Shown: piece after piece, positions 25,520 through 35,191 of the stretch
Layout: each line of letters begins with the position of its first letter
Numbering within the stretch: position 1 is the stretch's first letter
From: an uncultured Candidatus Saccharibacteria bacterium
GTDB lineage: Bacteria; Patescibacteriota; Saccharimonadia; Saccharimonadales; JAUPVS01
DNA length: 64,000 nt
Direction of reading: 5' to 3'
Assembly (NCBI GenBank): GCA_964410185.1
Contig: CAYPFM010000001.1
Coordinates: 80,860-144,859 of the forward strand
Translations under genes and position numbers: made by a program
Notes under the pieces: model-generated
Told to the model about the DNA's origin: nothing
What the model saw: the letters and a program-made list of their open reading frames with translations, nothing else
The model's database searches: none

Positions 25520-26086
25520 TTATTCCTTCACGCGTTCGCGGTACGCACCAGTGGTGGTGTCGACACTGATGACGTCACCCGTCTTTACGAAAGCCGGTAC
25601 TTTAACAGTGGCGCCAGTTTCAACGGTGGCGTCCTTCATGACGTTACTGGTGGTGTCACCCTTTACGACGTCTTCGGCGTAGGTAACCTTTAAGGGCACG
25701 TTTTTAGGTAGTTCAACATTGATAACTCGGCCATCAAACAGCTGAGCCTGCACAGCGTCGCCCTCTTTCATATAGCCGGCAAGGTGCGCCATGTCTTCGG
25801 CTGGCAGCTCGAACTGCTCATAGGTATCATCATCCATGAAGAAGAAGTTCGTACCGTCGTTATAGAGGTACTGAACATTCTTGTTCGTGACATCGGCTGG
25901 TTCGACGGCTTCGTTGCCCTTAAACGTCTTGGCCAAAACCTTGCCGTCAATCAGACTCTTAATTTTAACGTTGACGATCGAGCCACCACGGCCCATCACC
26001 TTTTGTGAGTAATCGGTCACCCGATACGGTACGCCTTCGTACTGAAAAACGGTGCCTTTTTTAAGGTCAGTTATTCCAAATGCCAT
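25520..26086 (-). CDS. efp: Elongation factor P
   Basis: The 188-aa product starts DLKKGTVFQYEGVPYRVTDYSQKVMGRGGSIVNVKIKSL and contains VETGATVKVPAFV. Confidence 0.95.
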   Translation of the reverse strand: MAFGITDLKKGTVFQYEGVPYRVTDYSQKVMGRGGSIVNVKIKSLIDGKVLAKTFKGNEAVEPADVTNKNVQYLYNDGTNFFFMDDDTYEQFELPAEDMAHLAGYMKEGDAVQAQLFDGRVINVELPKNVPLKVTYAEDVVKGDTTSNVMKDATVETGATVKVPAFVKTGDVISVDTTTGAYRERVKE

Positions 26087-26095
26087 TCGAGCCTC

Positions 26096-26299
26096 CTAGT
26101 TACTTGCGATAAATGGAAGTAGTGCCAAGTGGCGGGCGCGCTTGATAGCGGTCGACAAGTGACGCTGCTGGCTTTCGGTTAGGCCGGTCTTCTTGCGGCT
26201 TTCAATCTGGCCGTAAATGTTCACGTAACGCTGCAAGGTCTTGAAGTCCTTGTAGTCGAAGTACGCAACGTCAGTGCGGTGTTTAAAAATCTTTGCCAT
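26096..26299 (-). CDS. rpsR: 30S ribosomal protein S18
   Basis: It has DYKDFKTLQRYV...GQIESRKKTGLTESQQRHLSTAIKRARHLALLP. Confidence 0.9.
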   Translation of the reverse strand: MAKIFKHRTDVAYFDYKDFKTLQRYVNIYGQIESRKKTGLTESQQRHLSTAIKRARHLALLPFIASN

Positions 26300-26309
26300 T
26301 TATATCTCC

Positions 26310-26786
26310 TTAGAAAGGTATGTCATCTAAATTAATTGGTTCGTCGCCGATATCTTCGATAACGACATCATCTTTTTTCTTGGCTGTTGGTTTGCTGGCA
26401 GGAGCGCTGCTGGATGAGCTTGAACCGGCTGCTGGGGCGTCACCGCCGCCTTCACCACGTCCGCCGAGGAAAGTTACGTCTTGGGCGTTAACTTCTACCT
26501 TGGTACGCTTCTTGCCATCCTGCTCCCAGGAGCTGCTTTGCAGACGACCGTTAACCAATACGGGGCGACCTTTGGTAACATATTGTGCCACGCGCTCGCC
26601 GAGGGGACCCCAGGCGATTACATCAACGTAGTCGGTAACTTCTTGCCATTCGCCATCGCCGCCCTTGTAGCTGCGGTTGAGAGCCAGGCTAAAGTTACAA
26701 ACACTCTGTCCGTTTGGTGTTTGTCGCACCTCGGGATCGCGAGTTAAGTTCCCCATCAAAATTACTTGGTTAAAGCTTCGTGCCAT
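26310..26786 (-). CDS. ssb: Single-stranded DNA-binding protein
   Basis: The OB fold starts NQVILMGNLTRDPEVRQTPNGQSVCNFSLA, followed by a Gly/Ser-rich linker and the acidic tip DDIPF. Confidence 0.95.
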   Translation of the reverse strand: MARSFNQVILMGNLTRDPEVRQTPNGQSVCNFSLALNRSYKGGDGEWQEVTDYVDVIAWGPLGERVAQYVTKGRPVLVNGRLQSSSWEQDGKKRTKVEVNAQDVTFLGGRGEGGGDAPAAGSSSSSSAPASKPTAKKKDDVVIEDIGDEPINLDDIPF

Positions 26787-26909
26787 AATTGCATACTCCT
26801 CTTTCTTTATAAGACCTATGTCTTGGTTAACTGTTAGTACCTATACCCTAACCCCCGCGCTTGCGGATGGTCAAGCATAATGAACTTTTAATTAACTGTT
26901 AATGCTGGG

Positions 26910-27299
26910 CTATTTTTCGTCGTCTGAATCAGACTTGTCGTCATCTGAGCGATCACCGCGTGCGGCAGCTTTTTCGGCTTTTTCAGCCTTCAAAGCTTCG
27001 GCTTTGGCGATGGCAGCCAAATCGGGTTTAACGATTTGGTAGCGAATCACTTCGTCAGTGATGTTGAGAGCTGTTTCGATCTTGCCAACAGCGTCACCGG
27101 GCATCTCAGTCGTGTAGAACACGTACAAAGCGTGCTCGTTGTGCTTAATTGGGTATGCTAGCTTGCGCTTGCCCCAATTATCGGTGGCAGTTACCTTGGC
27201 CTTAGCGTCGGTAAAAATCTTGGTCACCTTTTCTTCGGCCTTGGACAAGTCCACTTCCAAATCGGGGTGATACAGCACTGCAATTTCGTATTGCGCCAT
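26910..27299 (-). CDS. rpsF: 30S ribosomal protein S6 with an acidic C-terminal tail
   Basis: MAQYEIAVLYHPDLE... is preceded by the SD AAGGAAGGA. I trimmed the start from the ORF-track position 27335. Confidence 0.9.
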   Translation of the reverse strand: MAQYEIAVLYHPDLEVDLSKAEEKVTKIFTDAKAKVTATDNWGKRKLAYPIKHNEHALYVFYTTEMPGDAVGKIETALNITDEVIRYQIVKPDLAAIAKAEALKAEKAEKAAARGDRSDDDKSDSDDEK

Positions 27300-27400
27300 G
27301 ATTGAATCCTTCCTTTGGTTAAAGCCCATCTCCACTAGAGGGGATAAGCTGAAGTTAATAGTAGGTCTATTGTAACTTATTCACCCCTGTTTGTAAAGAG

Positions 27401-29617
27401 TTACTCGTCGTCTGATTCGTCTTCGAGATCAGCCGGCTCTTCGGCCATCGGGATAGAGGTCGGGGCTGGGTCAGCTCCTGCTGGCGGGAAAACCTCATCA
27501 ATTGAGCTGACCAGTACTTCACGGGGGCGGGCGCCATCAGCTGGGCCAACGATGCCCTGTTCTTCCATCGATTCGATAATGCGGGCGGCGCGGGCGTATC
27601 CGACGCGTAGGCGGCGTTGTAAGAGGCTGGTAGAGGCTTTTTTGCCGTCAATGACAACTTGGACAGCGTCGCGCCACATATCGTCGTCAGCCTCGTTAGC
27701 GCCGTAATCAGCCACCATGCCGCCCTTGCCGTTCAACTGAACTGGCTGACTGACAACCTCGTCGTCATACTGCGGTGGACGTTGCATGCGCAGGAAGTCG
27801 GTCACTTTCATAGTTTCGCCGTCTTCAATAAAGGCGGCCTGAACACGTTTTGGCTTTGGCATATCAGAAGTAAGTAGGAGCATGTCACCACGTCCCAGCA
27901 GCTTTTCGGAACCAACCTGGTCGATAATGGTACGAGAGTCAACCTGGCTGGCGGTCGTAAAGGCAATCCTTGCGGGAACGTTTGCTTTAATCAAACCCGT
28001 GATGACGTCCACTGAAGGCCTCTGAGTCGCCAAGACCAAGTGAATACCGGCGGCGCGAGCCTTCTGAGCCAGGCGGACAATCAGAGCTTCAACGTCGCGA
28101 GCCGCCACCATCATCAGGTCGGCCAATTCATCAATAACAATGACGATGTACGGCATACCCTCTTCTTTTTTGAGGTTGTTGTACTCTTCGATGTTACGGC
28201 GGTTCACTTCGGCCATCGTTTTCAGGCGTCGCTCCATTTCGGCCACGGCCCACTTCAGCGCACTCAAGCACTTCTCGGGCTCGTTAATAACCGGTGTTAA
28301 CAGATGTGGGATGTCATTATACGGCGTTAGTTCAACTTGCTTTGGGTCAACCAAAATCAGCTTTAGATCGGATGGGCTGTTGCGGTACAGCAAGCTGGTT
28401 AAGATGTCATTAATCATCACCGACTTACCGGAGCCAGTCTGACCAGCTACCAGCAAGTGCGGCATCTTGGCTAAGTCGCCAACAATGGGCGCGCCGGCGA
28501 TGTCTTTACCAATCACAAAGCCCAGTGGACCCTTCACGTCTTGCCATTCAGTTGTCGTCAGCAGACTACTCATGCGAACAGTGGCTGGTTTCACGTTTGG
28601 CACTTCAATACCAACAGCGCGTTTGCCGGGGATCGGCGCTTCGATACGAATTGAGTGGGCGGCCAAGTCGAGCGCCAGGTTATTTTCCAACGCCACAATC
28701 TTGGTCAGCTTAACGCCACTTGGTGGCTTCAAGGTATACTGCGTGACACGCGGGCCGATGTTAGCCCCTTCCATTTCAACTTCAATACTAAAGTTGGCGA
28801 ACGACTGCTCAATCGCCTTGGCGTTACCCTCAACGTCACCAGCATCAGCCTTATCTTGTTTTTGATTCAGCAAGTTAATAGGTGGGAATTTCCAGTCGGG
28901 GTCGCTGGTGGTGGTCAGGGCTTCGTGGTTTTCTATCGGTGCTAGTTTAGCTGCCGAGTTTCGGAAAGTACTCATTCGAGCTGGGTTGTGATGTTCAACC
29001 GGTACACCTTCGTTCATCTTAAAAGCGCTTGGTTCGGCCTTCTGCTTTAGTTCAGCTAACTCTTCATCGGCTTCAGGACGCTTGAAGAGATTGCCGAGCT
29101 TAAGAATGGCCTTGGGCGAAATACCAAAGGCAAAGAAGAAGGCCAAAACAGCGAAGATGACAAACAGGATGCTGGCTGGAATGCCGTCGAGCATAGTAAG
29201 CACGGCGTTACCGATTCCCTGCCCAACCATGCCGCCGTGACCACCAGCAAAGGTTTCGGCCTGCTTAGTGACAAAGGCAACGTGCAGCCACGCGGCCGAC
29301 AGTGTCACAAAAGCCAGCATGCTGACAAATTTCGCCAATGGAATTTGATTGTCGTCGCTGACAAACTTATGAACACCAAAATAAACCAAGGCAATTGGCG
29401 CTAACCAAGCAGCCCAGCCAAGTGTCCAGTAAACGGCGTGAAACAGGGTCATCGGCAGAGCGCCACCAGTGCCAAAGCCACCGATAATCAGAAATAGCGC
29501 GGCTACAATCATCAACACTGCGCCAGAAAGCGCCCAGAAGGGTGACTTCTCGACTTCTTCTACCTTTTTCTTGCGAACTGGTGCCTTGCGGGCTTTGGAT
29601 TTTTTTCTTTTTGCCAT
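27401..29617 (-). CDS. ftsK: DNA translocase FtsK/SpoIIIE
   Basis: It has N-terminal TM helices, Walker A AGQTGSGKSV, the VIVIDELADLMM Walker B region and a gamma-domain-like winged helix (ASTSLLQRRLRVGYARAARIIE). Confidence 0.9.
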   Translation of the reverse strand: MAKRKKSKARKAPVRKKKVEEVEKSPFWALSGAVLMIVAALFLIIGGFGTGGALPMTLFHAVYWTLGWAAWLAPIALVYFGVHKFVSDDNQIPLAKFVSMLAFVTLSAAWLHVAFVTKQAETFAGGHGGMVGQGIGNAVLTMLDGIPASILFVIFAVLAFFFAFGISPKAILKLGNLFKRPEADEELAELKQKAEPSAFKMNEGVPVEHHNPARMSTFRNSAAKLAPIENHEALTTTSDPDWKFPPINLLNQKQDKADAGDVEGNAKAIEQSFANFSIEVEMEGANIGPRVTQYTLKPPSGVKLTKIVALENNLALDLAAHSIRIEAPIPGKRAVGIEVPNVKPATVRMSSLLTTTEWQDVKGPLGFVIGKDIAGAPIVGDLAKMPHLLVAGQTGSGKSVMINDILTSLLYRNSPSDLKLILVDPKQVELTPYNDIPHLLTPVINEPEKCLSALKWAVAEMERRLKTMAEVNRRNIEEYNNLKKEEGMPYIVIVIDELADLMMVAARDVEALIVRLAQKARAAGIHLVLATQRPSVDVITGLIKANVPARIAFTTASQVDSRTIIDQVGSEKLLGRGDMLLLTSDMPKPKRVQAAFIEDGETMKVTDFLRMQRPPQYDDEVVSQPVQLNGKGGMVADYGANEADDDMWRDAVQVVIDGKKASTSLLQRRLRVGYARAARIIESMEEQGIVGPADGARPREVLVSSIDEVFPPAGADPAPTSIPMAEEPADLEDESDDE

Positions 29618-29632
29618 AACTGTTTCATTATA

Positions 29633-29887
29633 TCAGGTTTTAGGTGGTCGCGCCGACCCGAGCTCTGGCGGAGGCACTGTAAAGAAAATCGAGTCATCAC
29701 CTGCTAAAATCGCCAGTTCGGCTGGCGACATGCAGCTGAGAATAATTGCCTCCCCGCGGCGGCGCTCTTCATCTAGGACTTTTGTTTTTGGGGAGAGTTC
29801 ATCCGCCAGCTTATCAATATGTGCTGGAGACGGCGCGTAGCCATCGTCGAAAGCTGATTGGGGTGGTGGTGACTTTCGTTCGGTCAT
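29633..29887 (-). CDS. Hypothetical 84-aa protein
   Basis: The ORF fills the gap between rnj and ftsK on the same strand. I recognised no motif. Confidence 0.35.
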   Translation of the reverse strand: MTERKSPPPQSAFDDGYAPSPAHIDKLADELSPKTKVLDEERRRGEAIILSCMSPAELAILAGDDSIFFTVPPPELGSARPPKT

Positions 29888-29934
29888 GCCAATACTATAG
29901 CAAAAAATACAACGTTTGTCAATCGGGCTTGTGG

Positions 29935-32073
29935 TTAGTTGGGCTGGTCGCTACCGAGGAGACGGGCACGCATTTCTTGGAAGCGCTTTTGCTGGTCATC
30001 GGCGATAGCTTCGGGTGTTTTTTCGGGAGCCGGAGCAGCTTCACCGTTTTGGCGTGGGGGACGATTGTTGCCCGACTTCCCTTCTGGTTTGCCACCAATC
30101 ACATTCACAACTGGGATAACGATTGGTGAACGTCCGGTCTTCTCATACAAGAAGTGCGTCACGTGCTCTTTGATTTCCTGCTTGAAGCGATCCAGGTCGA
30201 TGCGTTTGAAGCGTTGGCCAACGGCGCGGCGCAGCTCGGTTCGGAACTCGTTCATCAGGTCTTCGGAATCACGCATATAGATGAAGCCGCGACTGATGAT
30301 GTCTGGGCTGGTGAGCAAGTTGCCTGACTTACGGTCAACTGTTAAGACAACCGCCACCAGACCTTCTTCGGCCAGCATAATACGGTCTTTGACCACGACG
30401 CCACTGACGATGGCGCCGGTCTGGTCGACCAGTAAACTACCGTGTGGGACTTCGGGACCAAGTTCGGCCGTCTCGGCGGTTAGCAAGACGCTGTCACCGT
30501 TGTTTGGCAAAAAGGTCGCGTTGCGCTTCCAGCCTTCTTCGATAGCAATCTCGGCGTGGTAACGACGGCGCAAGGCACCACCATGTACCGGGATGATGAA
30601 CTTCGGGCGAATCAAGTTAATCATTTCGCGTAGTTCGTCGCGGCGGGCGTGTCCAGAAACGTGCAGTGGACCACAACCATCAAGTTCGTGAGTTGGGTGA
30701 CGGAATAAGTGCACACCCTTTTGTGACAAGCTGTTACTAATTTGGTCGTAGCGGATTTCGTTACCAGGAATTGGCGACGAGCTAATGGCAACCGTATCAC
30801 CGGGGTGAAGCTTAATGTACTTGTGACTGCCTTCGGCCATGCGTTGCAGCGCGGCGTTTGGCTCACCTTGCCCACCGGTACACATCACCAGTAGTTGGTC
30901 GTCAGGCACATTGGCGGCATCGCGCAAAGCCATGATTGTTCCTTTTGGTACTTTCAGGATGCCTTGGCGGACAGCAATTTCGGCGTAACCCATCATACTG
31001 CGACCGTCCAAGGCGACCTTACGGCCCGCAGCCACGGCGGCGTTAATAACCATCTGAATCCGGTTCATATTACTGGAGAAGATGGCGACAAAGATGCGAC
31101 CCTGGGCTTGGGCGATGACATCATGGAAACTCTGCTGGAGGGTATGTTCGGTTGGCGTACGGCCTTCGGAATCGGAGTAGCTGCTCTCTGTTAAGAGCAG
31201 GAGGACACCCTGATCGCCAAGCTCTTTCAAACGCGCGATATCGCTGGGCTTTTCGTCCAATGGTTCGGGGTCGAGGCGGAAGTCACCGGTGGCGACAATG
31301 CGGCCGACTGGCGTGTCGATAACGACGGTTGAAGCTTCGGGAATCGAGTGTGTCACCCGCACCATTTCAACCATGAACGGTCCAATTTTAAGGCGTTCGT
31401 GATTGTCCATATTCATGATGACGAGGTCAGGTGTGTAGTCGCTGCCAGTTTCGGCGTTAATGTCTTCAAAGCTCTTTTCGACGATACCAATCGTAAAGCG
31501 CGAGCCGTAGATTGGTGCCGGGAACTTCGGTACGGTGTGCTTGAGGCCACCGATGTGGTCCAAGTGACCGTGCGTAATCACGTAGGCTTTGAGCTTATGA
31601 CGAATGCTTTCCAGGTAGGTTGTGTCTGAGATAGCGTAGTTAACACCTGGCAAATCGATACCAAGGTTGATACCACAGTCGAGGACGACGGCGTCATTCT
31701 GCCACTCAATCACGGCCATGTTCTTTTCACCAACATCTTCTAGGCCACCTAGGAAGGTAACCTTGAGCTTATCGAAGCCATCGCCAACCGAAGCTGGCTG
31801 CCGGCGTGGTTTGTCTTCGCTGGTAGCGGCACTGGCGTACAGACTGATGGCCTTTTGGGCGTCATCCTGGGTACGGCGTTGGGCGCGAATAGCGGCACCG
31901 CGGCTAATGCCACCAGCCGACTTGGTGCTGGCTGGCTTATTACCAGCTGGTTTTTTGCCGGCCGGACGTGGTCCGCGATTGTTGGGTTTATTCGCAGAAC
32001 CTTCCCTGCGCGGGGGACGATCAGAACTTTCGGGCTGGGTCGGTCGCGGTGGTCTTGGGGTATTATTTATCAT
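29935..32073 (-). CDS. rnj: Ribonuclease J (metallo-beta-lactamase/beta-CASP) with Arg/Pro/Lys-rich N- and C-terminal extensions
   Basis: It has the HGHLDHIGG motif and a beta-CASP region. A disordered N-terminal extension of about 100 aa (PRPPRPTQPESSDRPPRREG...) precedes the conserved LKVTFLGGLEDVGEKNM start. Confidence 0.9.
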   Translation of the reverse strand: MINNTPRPPRPTQPESSDRPPRREGSANKPNNRGPRPAGKKPAGNKPASTKSAGGISRGAAIRAQRRTQDDAQKAISLYASAATSEDKPRRQPASVGDGFDKLKVTFLGGLEDVGEKNMAVIEWQNDAVVLDCGINLGIDLPGVNYAISDTTYLESIRHKLKAYVITHGHLDHIGGLKHTVPKFPAPIYGSRFTIGIVEKSFEDINAETGSDYTPDLVIMNMDNHERLKIGPFMVEMVRVTHSIPEASTVVIDTPVGRIVATGDFRLDPEPLDEKPSDIARLKELGDQGVLLLLTESSYSDSEGRTPTEHTLQQSFHDVIAQAQGRIFVAIFSSNMNRIQMVINAAVAAGRKVALDGRSMMGYAEIAVRQGILKVPKGTIMALRDAANVPDDQLLVMCTGGQGEPNAALQRMAEGSHKYIKLHPGDTVAISSSPIPGNEIRYDQISNSLSQKGVHLFRHPTHELDGCGPLHVSGHARRDELREMINLIRPKFIIPVHGGALRRRYHAEIAIEEGWKRNATFLPNNGDSVLLTAETAELGPEVPHGSLLVDQTGAIVSGVVVKDRIMLAEEGLVAVVLTVDRKSGNLLTSPDIISRGFIYMRDSEDLMNEFRTELRRAVGQRFKRIDLDRFKQEIKEHVTHFLYEKTGRSPIVIPVVNVIGGKPEGKSGNNRPPRQNGEAAPAPEKTPEAIADDQQKRFQEMRARLLGSDQPN

Positions 32074-32099
32074 TATTGTTCTCCTTTTATTTAGAGATA

Positions 32100-32678
32100 T
32101 TATTTAGTTTCTTGAGTAAGTTCGAGCAGGGCGGGTATGGTCATGAAGTCGTCAATTACAGTCTGACGCATGCCGCCGTTATACAGTGCTGCCGCCGGGT
32201 GAAACAGGGGCAAATACACCTGTCCATCTTTCCGTTTTGGCTGGCCGTGACACTGGCTAATTTTCAGCCCAGGCAGAAAGCATTCCATGCTATGCCTACC
32301 CAGGGTGACAATTATCTTTGGCTTGATTATAGCAAGCTGTTGCTGAAGAAACGGTAAGAATTCGGCCTTTTCTTCGGGCAACGGATCGCGGTTATTTGGT
32401 GGCCGATACTTCACGATATTGGTGATGTAAATGTCTCCTCTCTTGAGGTCAATCATGCCCAACATTTCGTCCAAGAACTTACCGGCGGCACCGACGAACG
32501 GGATACCTTTAAGATCCTCGTTCTTGCCAGGCGCCTCGCCGATAAAGACCAGGTCGGCATCGGGGTTGCCATCGCCAAACACCAGTTGCGTGGCTTGGGC
32601 AGCCAGCTCCGGTGTTGGTTTGGCTTGAAGAATTTTGTCTTTAAGCTCGTTTAGCTTTGCTTGTTTTGTGCTTGGCAC
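32100..32678 (-). CDS. Uracil-DNA glycosylase, family 4-like
   Basis: It has [28 protein letters not shown] (GEAPG motif) and the HPAAALYN motif. The GTG start overlaps the upstream small ORF by 38 nt, so the start is uncertain. Confidence 0.8.
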   Translation of the reverse strand: MPSTKQAKLNELKDKILQAKPTPELAAQATQLVFGDGNPDADLVFIGEAPGKNEDLKGIPFVGAAGKFLDEMLGMIDLKRGDIYITNIVKYRPPNNRDPLPEEKAEFLPFLQQQLAIIKPKIIVTLGRHSMECFLPGLKISQCHGQPKRKDGQVYLPLFHPAAALYNGGMRQTVIDDFMTIPALLELTQETK

Positions 32679-32883
32679 TGATAAATCTTCCGATTAATTT
32701 TACAAGGTTCTGGATGCCACCGATGGTCAGCAAGACTGCGGCGCCGTACTGCCACCAGCTTCCGGTGTCGAGCGCTCGTGAGGCGACAATATAGGCCAGG
32801 AGGAGTTCGAGTACACCAAAAATTGCCAACCCTGGCTTGGTTTTATGCCAAGCATCAAACTGTTTGATTGCACTCTTGCTCAT
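32641..32883 (-). CDS. Small two-TM membrane protein
   Basis: The 80-aa product has two hydrophobic helices. It sits tightly after pnp with a 1-nt gap. Confidence 0.4.
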   Translation of the reverse strand: MSKSAIKQFDAWHKTKPGLAIFGVLELLLAYIVASRALDTGSWWQYGAAVLLTIGGIQNLVKLIGRFISAKHKTSKAKRA

Positions 32884-32884
32884 G

Positions 32885-35026
32885 TTACTTCCCCTTTTTT
32901 GACTCGTGGGCGGCAGCTTTCATCGAAAGCTGCAAACGACCCTTGTCGTCAATTGCCAATAGTTTTACGTCGACGAGATCACCCTCTTTAACGACATCAC
33001 TGACGCGCTCCACGCGCTCATCCTTCATTTCACTAACATGCACCAGGCCATCTTTGCCCGGCATGATTTCGACGAAGGCGCCAAAGTCCATAACGGTCTT
33101 AACGGGTGCGCCCTTATAGATCTTGCCAACTTCTGGCTCGGCGGTGATTTGGTCAATCATGTCCTTGGCAGCATCGATTGAGGTCTTGTCTGGGCTAGAA
33201 ATAAATACCAAGCCGTCATCCTTAATGTCAATCTCGGCACCGGTTTCAGCAATAATGCGGTTAATGGTTTCGCCGCCCTTACCGATGATTTCCCGAATCT
33301 TGTCAGGATTAATCTTGATTGACTCAACGCGTGGTGCGTAGGGGCTCATTTCCTTGCGTGGTTCCGGCATCGTCTCCAACATGTGCTTGAGGATGTGGTG
33401 ACGACCCGTCTTACCCTCTTCTAGAGCCTTTTTAAGGACCTCTACGGGCAATCCATGCACCTTCATGTCCATTTGGAGTGCGGTGATGCCTTTGGCGGTT
33501 CCAGCGACCTTAAAGTCCATGTCACCAGCAAAGTCTTCGGCATCGGCAATATCACTGAGGATGACTGGCTTGTCGCCGTCCATCATCAAGCCCATGGCAA
33601 TACCACTAACTGGGGCCTTGAGTGGCACGCCAGCGTCCATCAGGGCCAAACAGCTCGAACAAGTGGCGGCCATGCTAGTGCTGCCGTTTTGGCTCATGAT
33701 TTCCGTAACCGAACGAACGGTGTACGGGAACTCACCTTCGCTTGGCATAACGGCCATCAGGGCGCGCTCGGCCAAGTAGCCGTGACCGATTTCGCGGCGA
33801 CCTGGGCTACCGAGGCGCTTGACTTCACCAACGGTGTAACCAGGCGCGTTGTAGTGGTGGAAGTAGCGACGTTCACCTTCGCGCTCCATGGTATCAACCA
33901 GCTGCACAAAGCTCAGTGGTGCCAGTGTCACAATGTTCAGGGCTTGGGTTAAACCGCGAGTAAAGATGCTTGAACCGTGAGTTCGCGGCAAGACACCAAC
34001 TTCACTACTCAATTCGCGAACTTCATTGAGCTTGCGGCCATCAGGACGGACCTGCTCTTCGACAATCCCCTTGCGAACATCCTTGTGGATGGCCAGCTGG
34101 AAGGAGTCGTTATATTCATTCTTGTTTTCGGCAAAGCCTTCTTCGCCAATTTCTTCGACAAAGTGCGCTTCCATCTGTTCACGCAATTGGCGAACCAGGT
34201 CGTTGCGCTCTGGATATGGACGTCGTAAGCCAACGCCAAGCTTGCCACTTAACCAGGTCTCAACGCGGTCTTGGATATCAGTGTCTGGCAGGCTCAGTTC
34301 GTATTCTTGCTTGGTAACGCCAACCTTCTTGACCAGTTCCTTCTGGAGGGCGATAGCTGGTTGCATAATCTTTTGGGCATATTCAAGGGCACCAGCGACT
34401 TCGTCTTCGGTTACTTCGTTAGCACCGGCTTCCACCATCATGATGCCATCTTCAGTTCCGGCCACAACGAGGTCCAGTTTACCTTCGGTTAGCTCTTCGA
34501 GTGAGGCGAAGGCTTTGTACTCACCATCCACCATACCAACGCGAACACCGGCGACTGGGCCGTCAAACGGTGCACCGGTCAGCATAAAGGCCGCGCTCAG
34601 CGCGATCATAGCTACCATGTCGGGTCGGAAATCTGGGTCCATACTCAAAACACTGGCCACACCCTGGACTTCGTGCCGGTAACCTTTGGGCCACAACGGG
34701 CGGATTGGGCGATCGATGATGCGACCGATCAAGATAGATTCGTCACTGGGGCGACCTTCGCGCTTAATAAAGCGTGAGCCACTGATCTTACCAGCGGCGT
34801 ACATCTTTTCTTCGTAATCAATGCTTAATGGAAAGTAGTCAAAGCCCTGGAGTGGCTTAGCGCCGACCATAGTGCTGGCCAGGATGACTGTGTCGCCATA
34901 ACGAGCGACCACGGAGGCAGTGGTGCGAAAGCCCAGGCGGCCAACTTCGAGGCTGAGGGTGCGTCCACAGAATTCTGTTTCGACTTTGATGATTGGTTTA
35001 CCGGCGGGGTTAATTGTTTGTCCCAT
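32885..35026 (-). CDS. pnp: Polynucleotide phosphorylase
   Basis: It has two RNase PH domains, a KH domain (IGKGGETINRI) and an S1 domain (GKIYKGAPVKTVMDFGAFVEIMPGKDGLVHVSE). I trimmed the start to MGQTINPAG (ATG 35026). Confidence 0.95.
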   Translation of the reverse strand: MGQTINPAGKPIIKVETEFCGRTLSLEVGRLGFRTTASVVARYGDTVILASTMVGAKPLQGFDYFPLSIDYEEKMYAAGKISGSRFIKREGRPSDESILIGRIIDRPIRPLWPKGYRHEVQGVASVLSMDPDFRPDMVAMIALSAAFMLTGAPFDGPVAGVRVGMVDGEYKAFASLEELTEGKLDLVVAGTEDGIMMVEAGANEVTEDEVAGALEYAQKIMQPAIALQKELVKKVGVTKQEYELSLPDTDIQDRVETWLSGKLGVGLRRPYPERNDLVRQLREQMEAHFVEEIGEEGFAENKNEYNDSFQLAIHKDVRKGIVEEQVRPDGRKLNEVRELSSEVGVLPRTHGSSIFTRGLTQALNIVTLAPLSFVQLVDTMEREGERRYFHHYNAPGYTVGEVKRLGSPGRREIGHGYLAERALMAVMPSEGEFPYTVRSVTEIMSQNGSTSMAATCSSCLALMDAGVPLKAPVSGIAMGLMMDGDKPVILSDIADAEDFAGDMDFKVAGTAKGITALQMDMKVHGLPVEVLKKALEEGKTGRHHILKHMLETMPEPRKEMSPYAPRVESIKINPDKIREIIGKGGETINRIIAETGAEIDIKDDGLVFISSPDKTSIDAAKDMIDQITAEPEVGKIYKGAPVKTVMDFGAFVEIMPGKDGLVHVSEMKDERVERVSDVVKEGDLVDVKLLAIDDKGRLQLSMKAAAHESKKGK

Positions 35027-35169
35027 TCGTAAGGTTCCCTTTCTGAGGTAGTTTTCGTTGCACGGGGCAAATATATGAATGGCTCTTGTGCAGTCGATTG
35101 ATGCCAAGCAATATATCTGTATCTGTACAACGAAACTCTTTAATTTTATCTGTTAATGTGCACAAGCTT

Positions 35170-35191
35170 GTGTGACCGGCTGGGGTCACAC
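35170..35191 (-). other. Perfect 8-bp stem-loop between rpsO and pnp
   Basis: GTGTGACC-ggctgg-GGTCACAC lies 14 nt downstream of the rpsO stop. No U-tract follows, so it is a candidate processing or attenuation hairpin rather than a terminator. Confidence 0.4.

Noticed and set aside
27367-27657. 96-aa minus-strand ORF overlapping the 3' end of ftsK in another frame
   Set aside because: It lies within the conserved FtsK gamma domain and acidic tail coding region. It has no independent start signals and is an alternative-frame artefact.
35027-35107. ORF-track N-terminal extensions: pnp 35027-35107, mutM 40511-40606, holA 39639-39725, crp 23279-23458, pilD 3995-4063, rpsF 27300-27335
   Set aside because: Several lines of evidence argue against the extensions.
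- Conserved family N-termini begin at internal ATGs (MPELPEVETV for Fpg, MAQYEI for S6, and others).
- SD motifs precede the internal starts.
- For pilD, a terminator lies inside the extension.

The extensions come from the longest-ORF convention, which accepts TTG and GTG starts.
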